A stretch of DNA of 64,000 nucleotides from Octopus vulgaris (taxonomy: Eukaryota). The stretch is taken from assembly GCA_951406725.2 (NCBI GenBank), contig OX597814.1, forward strand, positions 133,672,001-133,736,000, written 5' to 3'. The notes below the pieces were generated by a model. That model was not told where the DNA came from. It was given only the letters and a program-made list of their open reading frames with translations, and did no database searches. Within the stretch, counting starts at the first letter, position 1. Each line of letters opens with the position of its first letter. The translations under genes were made by a program, and so were the position numbers. This document shows positions 1-14,705 of the stretch, piece after piece.

Positions 1-2651
<2,651 letters not shown>

Positions 2652-2726
2652 TTACACTTAATAAGAGTAATGATTCCGATATAGCATATAAGAATCCACT
2701 TTAATGGTCATTCCTCTTATTAATTG

Positions 2727-2787
<61 letters not shown>

Positions 2788-2788
<1 letters not shown>

Positions 2789-3070
2789 GGTAACTAGAAT
2801 GTGGAATCTGAAAACAGAAACAATTCCTATCATAGTAGGTGCATTAGGCATGATAAAAAAATATTCAGACAAATACATAACAAAAACACCAGGACTTACA
2901 AACACATATAACATACAGAAAATTGCACTACTAGGCACTGCACACATCCTACGCAGAACACTTTCCATACAATAACCATCAGAGCATCACAACAAATCAC
3001 AGCACATACCCATGGCACACAGAGCTGTGCTCGGTAGTGAAGTGAAAGCACGCTATAAAAATAAAACTAC

Positions 3071-3103
<33 letters not shown>
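2788..3103 (+). mobile_element. 5'-truncated (~285 bp) copy of the same Dong/R4 family with its own (AAT)n tail
   Basis: Near-identical to 2268-2547, but keeps a 10-bp 3' UTR segment (aacaaatcac) that is missing from the first copy. Confidence 0.92.
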
Positions 3104-3106
<3 letters not shown>

Positions 3107-3107
3107 T

Positions 3108-3499
3108 GTGGCCAGCAAGTTTAACCTATATAGGTAAAATATACAAACGAATAAAGTAGGATATATTTCTAGCATGTGGTATTCTGATACCCTACTTTAT
3201 TTATTTGTATACTTTACCTATACAGATTAAATTTGCAGGCCACTTTTCAATTATATATAATTATATATTTTAATGTATATATTTTTGGCTGTGCTGTCTT
3301 ACACATTCGCGTGCCTTCTTCCAAAAATGTAATGCTCTTAGCTTAGTTTTTTAAGGCCTACAAATTTTGAATAGTCTCAAGTGAAACAGACCCAAATGGA
3401 AATGATATTGGAAGTTTGACTGATGAAATTGTTTTTCCTGCCTGTCTTTGTATCGTCTATCTCTCCATGTGTCTTTTTTGTCCGTTACGTTCATATTCC

Positions 3500-3500
<1 letters not shown>
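3108..3500. mobile_element. Probable PLE pseudo-LTR remnant with a hairpin at its left end
   Basis: Inverted repeat 3108-3170/3191-3243. The right part resembles the reverse complement of 7600-7830. Ends in (TA)n. Confidence 0.5.
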
Positions 3501-3548
<48 letters not shown>

Positions 3549-3695
3549 AAAAGCAATAAAGATTCAAGTTAATTTAAATGAATTTACTTGAATATGGTAC
3601 CTAACTTAGATGCACCAAAAAAAACTATACTGATTTAACAATACAGTAATGTGGGGTGATTATAAGCGAGAATGAAGCAACAAGAATGGATAGGT

Positions 3696-3786
3696 TTTTA
3701 GTACAATCGTTTCATACAAGGACAGGTTTTATTAAAAGTTGCAAAAATTACAGCATATAAACATGTCCCGTACTCATCAGCTAAAA
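3696..3786 (-). ncRNA. Type I hammerhead ribozyme motif (PLE pseudo-LTR)
   Basis: UUUUAG-CUGAUGA-GUAC..GUAU-GAAA-C GAUU G-UA-CUAAAA; 6-bp stem I; GUA cleavage triplet. Confidence 0.8.
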
Positions 3787-4314
3787 TACATGTGAGTTCT
3801 CTAGACATCCTAGTGGTTGAGGCTATACTCATGAAGTAATGTAGATAATTAAGTAACATAAACAGATTTCAAAAGTTCATTAAAGTTCTTTAAAGATGAT
3901 GTACAGTCTTATCACAGAATTTTAAAAAAGTCTTAATAGCATCACAGAGAAGGTGACCTAATCCATAGTGCACATATGAATTTCCAGAGATATGATGAGG
4001 GATTACATACTCACAGAAGACAAATTTATCCATTGTTAATTACAACGAGGTGGGTTTCAATTCCTGCTTATTAGCATTACAGAGAGGTTGAATTAATCCT
4101 TTGTATAGATGCACAATTTCCAATGGTGTAGGTGTAAATTTCCAAGGAATTTCATATTCACAGGCGATAAATTTATCAATGGTTGAACACAATGAGGTAG
4201 GTATCAATTCTTGCTATATGATTAGGTATTTGCCACATTAATCACATTACTGCTATTTACAAGAGGCTGTAGCTATTTAACTTTTAAAGGCTGAAGGGCT
4301 TACTAGAGCTGTAT

Positions 4315-4538
4315 AGAATAGAAAAGGGAAGGGCATAGAAGAAAAGAGAGAAAATAAAAGAGGAGGGAGCAAAAAGGGGGGGGAAGGGGGACTCAAAGAG
4401 AAGAGAAAAGGAAAAAGAGAATAAGAAGAAGAAAAAGAAAAAAGAGAAAAGAGAAAGAAATAGGGAAGGAAGGGAAAAAAAGAAAAAGAAGAAAAAAAAG
4501 AAAAAGAAGAAAGAAGAAAGAAAAAGAAAAAAAGAGGG
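4315..4538 (+). repeat. Polypurine (A/G) low-complexity tract inside the PLE
   Basis: About 220 bp that is almost exclusively A and G. Confidence 0.85.
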
Positions 4539-5282
4539 TTCTAGTTATACAGAAGAATTAGTAGACTACAAGTCTGGTTTTAATTTACAGGCATCTAGGA
4601 ATTAGAGGAGAATATTATTCTTTGACCAGTTAAAACAGCTAATTTATTGCTGTTGAAATCAGCTATGAATTTAAAGAGAATCTAAAGAGATAACACAGTT
4701 AGGGGTTTCGGGGTCAGATGCTAAAATCACCAGAAAATACATTAGGGAAAACTAGGTATAATCTTATCAAAAAGTCATTAAAATTTACTTATTTAATTTA
4801 TTCATTTTATTGTCTTAAGGAGTTGCCGTTTTTATTCATACATTGACGGACTACAGGTCAAATCTTAGAAGATCATTTAAAATGTGTTAGGGGATTGTCT
4901 ATCATAATGAAGATAATCATATTATCACCGAGGGAATAGTCTCATTTATTTAATTTTGAAATAGAATTATGGGTCTATAGTAACTCATTTTAATTAATTA
5001 GAGTTATGCTAATTAAATTAGATTAAGTTAGGAACTAAAATTAAAAATTACAATTAAGATTTAAAATTAAGAGTTTAAAAATTTAAAAATTGTGAGTTTG
5101 AAATTAAATAAAGCCTCAATTAAGCAGCGAATAAGTGCTATTCATTTCCCTGTTCTCAAAAAACTGATGCAGATATAAGGAAAAAGATAACTGTAGTGTG
5201 AGAACTCTTAGTTATCTACTTAAAGCAGTGCTATACCATTAGAAATCAGGTTATATCTATCTATCTAGTTACGAAAATTCAA

Positions 5283-5705
5283 TCATTTAAAATATTTTAA
5301 AGTCTTCAATTTAGCGTGGACACAAACTTGACCTAGTTCGATATGGTTATTCAATAGGTTTCTATGTTTTCTATGCTTTAGAATTTCATATGTCTCCATG
5401 GAGCATAGTTGGCAACCAACCCTACTATTTTTATACGGAATTGCTCTCCTAACTATTTCCCAATTAAGGTTATAATTTTTATTATTATTCTTGAGTTCCC
5501 AGATTTTGTTTGAAAGCGTGGTGGTACCAGCTTTATGACGTAATTTAAAAGTCGAGATGTGATTTCTAACTCTAGCTAAAAAATTAATTGTACATCCAAT
5601 GTAATAATATTTGTTATTCTCCGTGGATATGGTACATTTATAGATTACATTATTTTCCCCACATAGACCAGGTGCCGGGCATTTAGATTTTATTCTACAC
5701 TCACA
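5283..5705 (-). pseudogene. GIY-YIG endonuclease domain of a PLE (open frame without an upstream start codon, so absent from the ORF track)
   Basis: Manual translation: CECRIKSKCPAPGLCGENNVIYKCTISTENNKYYYIGCTINFLARVRNHISTF...TLSNKIWELK...WEIV...CQLCSMETYEI...LLNNHIELGQVCVH...stop. Shows VIY..YIG, the conserved R, E and LN. Confidence 0.87.
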
Positions 5706-5709
5706 TGTA

Positions 5710-5800
5710 TTTTAGCTGATGAGTACGGGACACGTTTATATGCTGTAATTTTTGCAACTTTTAATAAAACCTGTCCTTGTATGAAACGATTGTACTAAAA
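5710..5800 (+). ncRNA. Type I hammerhead ribozyme motif (inverted pseudo-LTR copy)
   Basis: ttttag 5710-15, ctgatga 5716-22, 60-nt stem II region, gaaa 5783-86, gta 5792-94, ctaaaa 5795-5800. Confidence 0.8.
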
Positions 5801-5861
5801 ACCTATCCATTCTTGTTGCTTCATTCTCGCGTATATATATATATATATATATATACATGTA

Positions 5862-6594
5862 CATGTTGCTAAACTGACAATGAAATGTAGACGGCTGGAT
5901 GGATGGATTCTTAGAACCTTTAGAACCTTTAGAACAAGAGAACAAGAAACCATGATGGTCCTCTGGAAGACACTTGTCCTAAGCCACTTTGACTATTGCT
6001 CTCAGCTATGGTCACCATCCAGTGTCAAGTTGATCTCAGAACTTGAGGCGATCCAACGAAGCTACACAAAGAAGATAGCCTCTATGCAGAATGTAAGCTA
6101 CTGGGAAAGACTCAAGAGATTAAAATTATATTCCCTGGAGCGTAGGCGGGAAAGATATGCCATAATATACATCTGGAAGATCCTGGAGGGAAGTGTCCTG
6201 AACTTTGGCATCGAGAGTTACGCAGAACTGGACGCCACTGCGTGGTGCCTAGGACTCCAAACCTGCCATCAAGATGTAGGACAAGATTCTGTGATAGCCT
6301 GGGCTTCCGAGGCCCCACAGCTCTTCAATATCCTCCCGAAGAACCTGAGAGACCTGCATGGGGTGGATACAGATGTCTTTAAAATGAAGCTGGATCTCTT
6401 CCTGTCAGGTGTCCCAGATGAACCAACTTCACGGCAGGAGGGGCAGATGAGGGCAGCTGCATCGAACTCTCTCATGCACCAAATAGCAGTTGCTAGAAAG
6501 CCTCCATGAAGTGAAACCAAGTAGCAACACCAAATGGCGGTGCCCCAGCATGGCCACAGTTCATAAGCTGAAACTAGAATCAATCAATCAATCA

Positions 6595-6598
<4 letters not shown>
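5862..6598 (+). mobile_element. 5'-truncated CR1-group LINE: ORF2 C-terminus, 3' UTR and (ATCA)n tail
   Basis: LWKTLVLSHFDYCSQLWSP..ELEAIQRSYTKKI..SYWERLKRLKLYSLERRRERY..FKMKLDLFLSGVPDEP; internal frameshifts; tetranucleotide tail. Confidence 0.85.
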
Positions 6599-6660
<62 letters not shown>

Positions 6661-6845
6661 ATTGAATTTTTATTTTTGGGAAACGTTTTGAATTTGCAAA
6701 TAAAGTTCTTATTCCATTATTCCTGCTACAGTCTAATTGGTGAGCCAGCTTTTTGAAGCTGCACCGAGCTGTACCGGTATCATGTAGAATAAATATAGTA
6801 ATAATAACAATATTCATTTGATGGAATTTACACACACACACAAAC

Positions 6846-6902
<57 letters not shown>

Positions 6903-6905
<3 letters not shown>

Positions 6906-7081
6906 CTTAAATAATGAGGGTAGAAATTGATATCAATCAATTAACATCAATTTAAACCAGAGGTCAAGCATATTAAAACGAAATCCGAAGATTTAAAAAT
7001 TATATTACTATTAATAAGAGTAATGATTCCGATATAGCATATAAGAATCCACTTTAGTGGTCATTCCTCTTATTAATTGTA

Positions 7082-7083
<2 letters not shown>
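6903..7083. mobile_element. Short (TA)n-flanked cassette, probable PLE terminus
   Basis: 7011-7082 is nearly identical to 2659-2729; the left end resembles 62325-62400. Confidence 0.55.
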
Positions 7084-7147
<64 letters not shown>

Positions 7148-7152
<5 letters not shown>

Positions 7153-7527
7153 ACAAGATAAGGGCAGAAGAAAAATTCTAATGCCAGATACGCCGAAACA
7201 AAAAAATTGTCGATAACCATTAAATTTATGCGTCTCGAAACAAACCGATAGAAATCTCTAAAAAATTCGTTATTACAGTATTGGTCCAATTTCGGGGTTA
7301 ATTCACAAGAAATTTTCCCCACTTCAGCGGCACATACGCGAGATATAAATGAAATACTTATTCATACCCATGAAAAAGCAAGCACCAAGTCCCGAGCAGA
7401 CTTAAGTACCCCAAATATATCCAAAATAGAAAAGTCTTCGGCGCACCTCGAGACACGTGTGATTCGAACTAGAAACCTTCAGAGAGTGATAGAATCCGGA
7501 AGTTGAACACTAATCTAATTATAAAAT

Positions 7528-7530
<3 letters not shown>
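7148..7530 (-). mobile_element. (TA)n-flanked PLE pseudo-LTR remnant with a degenerate hammerhead
   Basis: Minus strand at ~7285-7330 reads CUGAAGU-GGGG..CCCC-GAAA (A9 substituted). Confidence 0.55.
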
Positions 7531-7565
<35 letters not shown>

Positions 7566-7579
7566 TACATACATATATA

Positions 7580-7940
7580 ATATTACATAAAAATACAAAA
7601 TGGGACAAGAACACGAAACATCCAGTCAGTTAGGTGGTACAAAAAAAGGACAACAAAACATCCAGATAGACGAAACAAAGAAACAAGGACGGATCATTCA
7701 GACTTTTCTTTCCTCAGTCGACTTCCAGATTATCTTTGCAATTTCGGCTGGTTATACTCGAGATTGCACCAATCTGGCCAGCCCCAAGGTAAAGCTAAGC
7801 TGAGAGCGTTAGGTTCCTTAGAAGAAAGCAGCGAATATATACGAAAACAAGGACAACAAATGCGAGAATGTTACACAAATACGAATAAGAGGACATAACA
7901 TCAGTTGTCGGACAAAATAATGGAAACACCTAGCAACATA
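7580..7940 (-). mobile_element. Probable PLE pseudo-LTR remnant
   Basis: Starts at (TA)n; related in reverse orientation to 3290-3500; minus-strand CUGAGGA near 7712-7718. Confidence 0.45.
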
Positions 7941-8074
7941 GCATCCTAATTTTGGAATATCTATAAAACCGTCAAAAGCTTGTTTATTTTTATGTCTTTT
8001 CATTTATTATTAGTGTTGCCTTATATGTTTGCTAAAATTACTGTTTCTTTTCAGATATCAGAAAAAGGTATTTA

Positions 8075-8612
8075 AAATGCATTAAAATTACAGATCTATC
8101 GGACTTTCAGAAAGGTCAAATTATTGGTGCTCGTAAAGCAGGCGCTAGCGTAACGAAACACCCGAAATGTTCGGTATATAAAGAAGTATTGTCTCGAAAG
8201 TAATGACAGCCTTTGAGAAAGAGGGAAAAACCTCCTCGTCAAAACAAAATTCTGGAAGAAAACAAAAACTTTCAGATAGGATCAGTCGGACTCTTACGCA
8301 AATCGTTAGAAAGGACCATAAAAAGTGTAGCTCCCAAAATTTCTGCAGAGATTAACGACCACATTGAGAACCCAGTTTCCACAAAATCTGTTCGCTGGGA
8401 GCTGCACAAAGCCGAGTTTCACGGGAGGGCTGCAATCAGAAAAACCACTACTTTTAAAAGCAAACGTTGCAAAGCGTTTAGAGTGGAGTAAAAACCTACA
8501 GAATAGGTCCCCAGAGCAGTGGAAGAGTATTATTTTCTCGGACGAGTCATCCGTTACCTTATTTCCAAACACCAGCCAAGTATGTGTGTTGAGACAACCA
8601 AAACACATCCTC
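8075..8612 (+). pseudogene. Tc1-family transposase fragment (HTH region to the first catalytic D), frameshifted
   Basis: DLSDFQKGQIIGARKAGASV..KQNSGRKQKLSDR..VSTKSVRWELHK..RAAIRK/PLL..KRLEW..EQWKSIIFSDES. Confidence 0.88.
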
Positions 8613-9378
8613 TAAACACATCTGATTTCTGTTCGTACACTCAAAGGAAAATGAAATTATTAATCTGAATATTATTTTCGACATATATACACATATTACC
8701 ACTAATCATTTTGCCCGGCATGCTAACGATTCTGCCAGCTCACCGTCTTACACTTCTCTGGTATTAAAAACAAAAAATAAAACAAACACAGATTTTAAAG
8801 TTATCATTTTCTTTATAGATATGGCTTCATAATGATCTCAAACATATATCAGCTTCCATTTAGTTCTAACATAAACACATATCGAGTACTCTTACACTGT
8901 TGAATGCTTCACATTATTTTTAATTGTTTATTGTAAATTCATTTCATGGCTTCATATAGTGACGTGAATATTAACAATATTTGGCTTAAATATCTTTCAC
9001 TAAGAAGCCTATCGATAGTGGTATGTTATTGAATATTTTAAATACACGTGTTTATAATTAGTTCGCAGAAAGTCTTAAATGCAAAACATCAATTTTATGC
9101 TAAATTCGCCCACAGAAAGTTGAAATATGTAATTAATTTAACAATATCACAAAATGGTTTCTTGAATATGATGACATTGCTGTGATGTTTCATTTTGTAT
9201 ACATTAATAATTAATCTGTTGTAATCTTTTAGTGGTCCCTTTATAATACACATAATTTAAAACTGTCACGATTTAAATATCCTTCAAAAATGCATTTTGT
9301 CTTTCACCATCATTTTCTTGGAATAGACAGCTAGACAAGTATAAAGAACATTAAAATAATATATATACATATATATAA

Positions 9379-9433
<55 letters not shown>

Positions 9434-9509
9434 AATATATGTATATATATATATACATACATACAAATATATGCATGTATATATATACATGCACAAACAC
9501 ACATACACA

Positions 9510-9543
<34 letters not shown>

Positions 9544-9584
9544 CACATGCATGCATATATATGTATGACTATATGTATAACTAT

Positions 9585-9694
9585 AACACACAGGAGTGGG
9601 GATATGAAGCACCCAGACTGAGGAAGTCAGAAAGACTATGGTGGTGCTCCAGTATGACCACGACCGCATATCTGAAACGAGTAAAAGAGTATAA

Positions 9695-9695
<1 letters not shown>
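9585..9695 (+). mobile_element. Very short 3' tip of a CR1-group LINE or of its partner SINE
   Basis: ggtggtgctccagtatgaccacg..ctgaaacgagtaaaagag resembles the tail at 6536-6574 and 23059-23115. Confidence 0.55.
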
Positions 9696-9773
<78 letters not shown>

Positions 9774-11544
9774 TGTATATATGTATGTATATATATACAA
9801 GCACACACACACAAATATGTATATGCATATCATATCCCATTTTTGTATATCCCATATCCCATACATACGCGCAGGCACACATACACACACACACATACAC
9901 GTGCTCGCATATAAATAAACTTTGTAGTGTAATAGTGTGTTAGCACTCTCTTCAGGTCATGTTTACAATTTTCACATTCAATAATTAAGATTTTATGCCA
10001 CCCTTGCAAGATTCTAGATCCTATTAAAGTAAACGTGCTTTGCAATACAATGAACTGAATCACTTAGCAAAGTGTCCTTACCTTCACTACAAAAGTATGC
10101 ACATTATGATATACGGACGTTCTACCAAATCTGTTCAAAGCCTCTTACTTTCTCGTTTTTTGTATTCTATTTTCAAATAATATATAAGAATTGTATATAT
10201 TCCTAACTTTCGGATGACAGCTATTAAATTTGCTTCAACAGAACATTTATCCATCAGTTTCAGGACATTCATTGAATACGATTTTCACTTGCTGAATTTG
10301 TGATTAAAATGATACTTTGGAAACATTTTCTAAGTTTTGTCAGTTAATCTGTAGAAATAGACTGCAATTGTTACTTAATATTTCATGATGTCAACTCCCA
10401 TGTAAGTGTTTGACTTAATATTTAATCAAAACACTTTATACTTCCACATATAACTTTAATTATTGCTTGGTTTTATCGTACGTGATCTGAGAACATTATT
10501 CGGTTTCATCTTCGACGCCAAAATCTACCACACTTCAACAATTATCTTCAGCTTAAAAACAACATAAAATTTTGATTTGTCTTAACTAAAGAGGATTTTG
10601 CGTAAAACATGAAATTCCAATTTCATTTATGACGCGTACGTATTAAATGCAGTCAAAATATTATTACCTGGTTTGACTTTAGTTATATACATTCCTAACC
10701 ATTCCTAATTTTTTTCACACAGATACTATAATACAAGCGCGCGCACACACACCCACACACACACTCACAAGCATACACACACATGGCAAATCAGCTACTT
10801 TCTTTTACCTATGCAACAATGATGGACACGGTCGATATTTAGAAGCAGTGAAGTCGGACAGCAATTGAGAAGTTCGATTAACTTTCAGGAAAATAACTAA
10901 CTAGAATTTGTAATGTCCATCTGCTTTTCTATATATGTGACAAACTTAGAACAGTCGATTGGTATAATGGATAGAGAGTAGTACAAAATACCTTACTATA
11001 TTTAATTATATCTTTTTATATTCCTCCTTATTCATTATCTCGCAAGGAATAATTTCCATTTACTTTCTCTCCATTGGCGAATCTATAAAATATGCGTCAA
11101 TCAAGGCCTGTGTTGCGTTTAATCGACTACACTACTGATATTTAGTATAAGGGTTTGTGCCTTTGTTAACGATCAATATGTTGGAGAAAATTGATGGAAA
11201 TCAGATAAAATATAGAGTCGAAACAAGTAGCTGTTTCGACTTAAGAAGAAATCTCGTCCATGACTGTTTGGGAATTAACCCTTTGTGTCCTAAAGTATTA
11301 TTCAAGATTCTGTTAGAGGTTAGTTGTACTCTGAGTGCTATATAACTACGAGGAACTGATGATAGAAAGTGATATCGGATGAGTCTGACCTGTAAATTGG
11401 AGTTGAAGATGATGGTAGTGACGGCGATGTTAGTAATTTTGATGATGATAAGCTGAAGAAGAGTGGATGAGAAGGCGGATCCAATGCATCGATAGATTAG
11501 GTGAAGAAATGGTATTTGCGATATATATATATATATATATATAT

Positions 11545-11940
11545 TATAATTAAGGGCTAAAGAAGGTTATTCTAAAGCCAATACACTGATTTATCCACTT
11601 TTAATCCACTTGTTACAGAAAAATTGAACTGAAAGCGGGCAACTAACCTTTGGAAATTTAAATTTCGTTATCTCTATATTGAATCAATTTCGGAATTAAT
11701 CCCATAAAGGATACATTCGTCGTCAGTAGAGCTTACGAGGGAATATAAATAAAATACTCACATGTGATTATGGAAAAAGCAGAAGCTAAATACACAACTA
11801 CATTTAAGTACATCCTAAAAATAAAAACTCCTTGGTCAGTCTCATAACAACGTGTTGACCTTTCGCCGCTACATATTGTAATGGTTACCGGTCCCCTTGT
11901 AACAAGCAGTGAGTTTACTACTAACAATATAGGATGAAGT

Positions 11941-11942
<2 letters not shown>
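11545..11942 (-). mobile_element. (TA)n-flanked PLE pseudo-LTR cassette
   Basis: Flanked by (TA)n on both sides; contains the hammerhead at 11672-11731. Confidence 0.7.
11672..11731 (-). ncRNA. Type I hammerhead ribozyme motif
   Basis: CUCUA-CUGACGA-cGAAU..AUUCc-GAAA-UUGA u UCAA-UA-UAGAG; perfect 5-bp stem I and palindromic stem III; first stem II pair mismatched (C-C). Confidence 0.72.
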
Positions 11943-12002
<60 letters not shown>

Positions 12003-12029
12003 ATCTATCTATCTATCTATCTATCTATC

Positions 12030-12114
<85 letters not shown>
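11943..12114. repeat. Compound microsatellite (TA)n-(CTAT)n-(AGAT)n
   Basis: Read directly from the sequence. Confidence 0.95.
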
Positions 12115-12115
<1 letters not shown>

Positions 12116-12704
12116 TTATACGAAGAATCTGTCAAATGCCATGTCGACTTTCATCGAAGTGTCCTAGTTGTAATCACCTAATTTTCTGTTTCGATTTATT
12201 GTACTGAACACTAAATCTTCTAAAATTACCTTTATGTTTCAAGAAAGAATTATGTAATAGAGGGATGTTTCATCGTCATTCCTATCATGTCTCCTCGATA
12301 GTGAAGCACATAAATATCTTGGCATATTAATGCATAGCACGTAACAGGACATAAAGGTTATATCGATTGTATAGTTGGTCAACATAGTTGATCGTATCTA
12401 TATTTATTTCAGTGCGTGTGTAAGTGTTCGTTTGTGCGCATATGTGTAGTTAATGCTGCCATTTTAAAACAATTTTAAGAATCACAAAAGAACAGATACC
12501 GTTCAAGAGTCTTACTAGGAAAAGCACAATCAGATTTATCATAATTTTTGCCTAGGCCTTCCTTCTGACACCTTATTCTCCTATTCATACAACTGTGTTG
12601 TGAACGTACGTCTCTGTGCGTGTAGGTGCATTTATGTACGCAAGCACATGTCCATGCTTGTGTCTATATGTACAGTTTTATCTTCCATGAAATAACCAAA
12701 TAAA

Positions 12705-12980
12705 ATGTATTTCAGTCATTAGATAGCTGTGGTGCTGGGACACCGTCTGGCCGAGCTTTTAGTCGAATGAATCCACTCCAGTACTTATTGTTGAAAGACA
12801 AGCACTTGATCTATTTTTCTCTTTTGTCGAGCCATTAAGTTACGAAGACGGAAACAACACAGCTACACCGGTTGTGAAGCGTAGCGGGAGAAAATCATTA
12901 ACACAAAGATACACACGCACACACACACACACATGCACACAAACACACGCACACACGTACATGTATACATAATACATACA

Positions 12981-13018
<38 letters not shown>

Positions 13019-13190
13019 GCGGGCTTCTTTCAGTTTCCGACTACAAAATACGCTGTCAAGGATTTTGGTCAGCCCGAGACTATAGTAGAAGTCACTAGAA
13101 TTAAATGCTACGTAGTGGGATTGAGTCCGGAACAATATGGTTGGAACCATGTGGTTGGAAACCAAGATTTAAACCATGCAGCCACACCTA
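12705..13190 (-). mobile_element. Bipartite tRNA-derived SINE (head, internal microsatellite, body with CR1-like tail), uninterrupted copy
   Basis: Head 13017-13190 matches the reverse complement of 37940-38106; body 12705-12910 matches the reverse complement of 38835-39040. Confidence 0.75.
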
Positions 13191-13356
13191 TTTTTGTTTG
13201 AAGAATGTTAATTAGACAAATTGATCCTAGTAATTTTATTAAAATAATCCATCATCCGTATCGTTTGCTCAATTGTTAACTTACGATAACGTAAACACAC
13301 TAACGCCGGTTCTAAAGACACATACATACATACATACATACATACATACATACATA

Positions 13357-13520
13357 CGGCGGGTTTCTTCCAGTCATCATCTATTCAATCCATTCACGAG
13401 GCTCTGGTCTACCGGAGGTGATAGTAGAAGACACTTTCCTAAGGTATCACGCAGTGGGACTAAATCTAGAATCATGTGGTTGAGAAACAGACTTGACATA
13501 CAGCCAAACCACTGACCTAT
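13357..13520 (-). mobile_element. Head of the same SINE family
   Basis: cggcgggtttct..tagtagaagacactttcctaaggtatcacgcagtgggactaaatctagaatcatgtggttg. Confidence 0.75.
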
Positions 13521-14140
13521 ACAGTCTCGCCTGCGTCCATATGTGCGTGTGTATATGTGTGTGCACGTTTGTGTGTGTGTGTCTGTGTGTGTGTGCGTAG
13601 GCATGATGTATGTATGTATGTATGTATGTATGTATGTACGTATGTATGTATGTATGTATGTATGTATGTATGTATGTATGTATGTACGTATGTATATGGC
13701 TTTGTCTTTTAAATATCTTATGTTTTTTATTTCTGTCATTATCATGAAACGTCTATTCATTTTCTTCCCTTTATTCTTACTGAGGTAAAACTGAAGAAAC
13801 TCTGTATATATTCGGCCGACATATTCGATTATAGTTATTTCCAAATTATTGCTTAGTGTTCTATAAAATAAGTTTGTTATTGTTTAATCATGGTCTTGCT
13901 GACACTTTCCTCAAATTTTGACAGATTTATCATTTTTCTTGTTTAGCTCCAGACCCGTTCTAACCGCTTAATTCTATAATCAAATATACAATTAACCAGA
14001 GAATGTGCTATTGTTATATACTGAAGTCTACATTTTCCAATGTGTTCATTTATTTTTAAGACTTTAAAATGATATATGGGACATTTGGCTGCCATTTCTA
14101 GCAGAGTTGTAGACACATTTTCCTTTTTCTCGGCACTAAC

Positions 14141-14705
14141 TATTGGGTTGTCCGGAAAGTTCGTGCCGATTTTTAAAAGAAAGAAAAAGGTCAATAAATA
14201 ATTGCCATTAAATTCTTAATCAACCAAATATGAACCATTTTGTTGCACAATGCGTCTTCATCTTTCCTTTAACTTGAAAATACCCTCTTCCCAGAATTGA
14301 GGTGGTTTCATGGCAAAGAATTCATCAAGGTATCTTTTTGCGTCTCCAAGAAATTGAAATGTTTACCATTAAGACTGCAGAGACCTGAATAAGTGGAAAC
14401 CCGAAGAAGCAATATCTGGTGAATATGGAGGGTGGGGTAACACATCCCAGCCGAGCTGCAGCACTTTTTGTCTGGTTCCAAAAGCATCAAGTGCCAAAAA
14501 TGAACTTTCTTATCTTCCATTGTAAAGAGTTACATAATTAACACAGGTTATAGGAACATAACCCTTCTTCCACGAAAAGATAGCTTAAACTGTGCTCTAA
14601 ATAGAGGTGTAGTAAAATCCTATTTTCATGGACTCAACCATGTTCTAAAATAAGTCGAAATGTAAGCTACTATAAATCAGCTCGAACTTTCCGGACAACC
14701 CAATA
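14141..14705 (-). mobile_element. Internally deleted mariner element with both TIRs and TA target duplication
   Basis: TIRs TA-ttgggttgtccggaaagttcg(t/a)gc(c/t)gattt at both ends; N-terminus MEDKKVHFWHLML fused to C-terminal LGWDVLPHPPYSPDIA..FWEEGIFKL. Confidence 0.92.

Larger units (their letters stand above)
3546..5831 (-). mobile_element. 5'-truncated Penelope-like element with inverted pseudo-LTR, inserted in (TA)n
   Basis: (TA)n on both sides; near-perfect ~130-bp inverted repeat 3666-3797/5699-5830 carrying hammerhead motifs; GIY-YIG frame at 5283-5705 on the minus strand. Confidence 0.88.
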
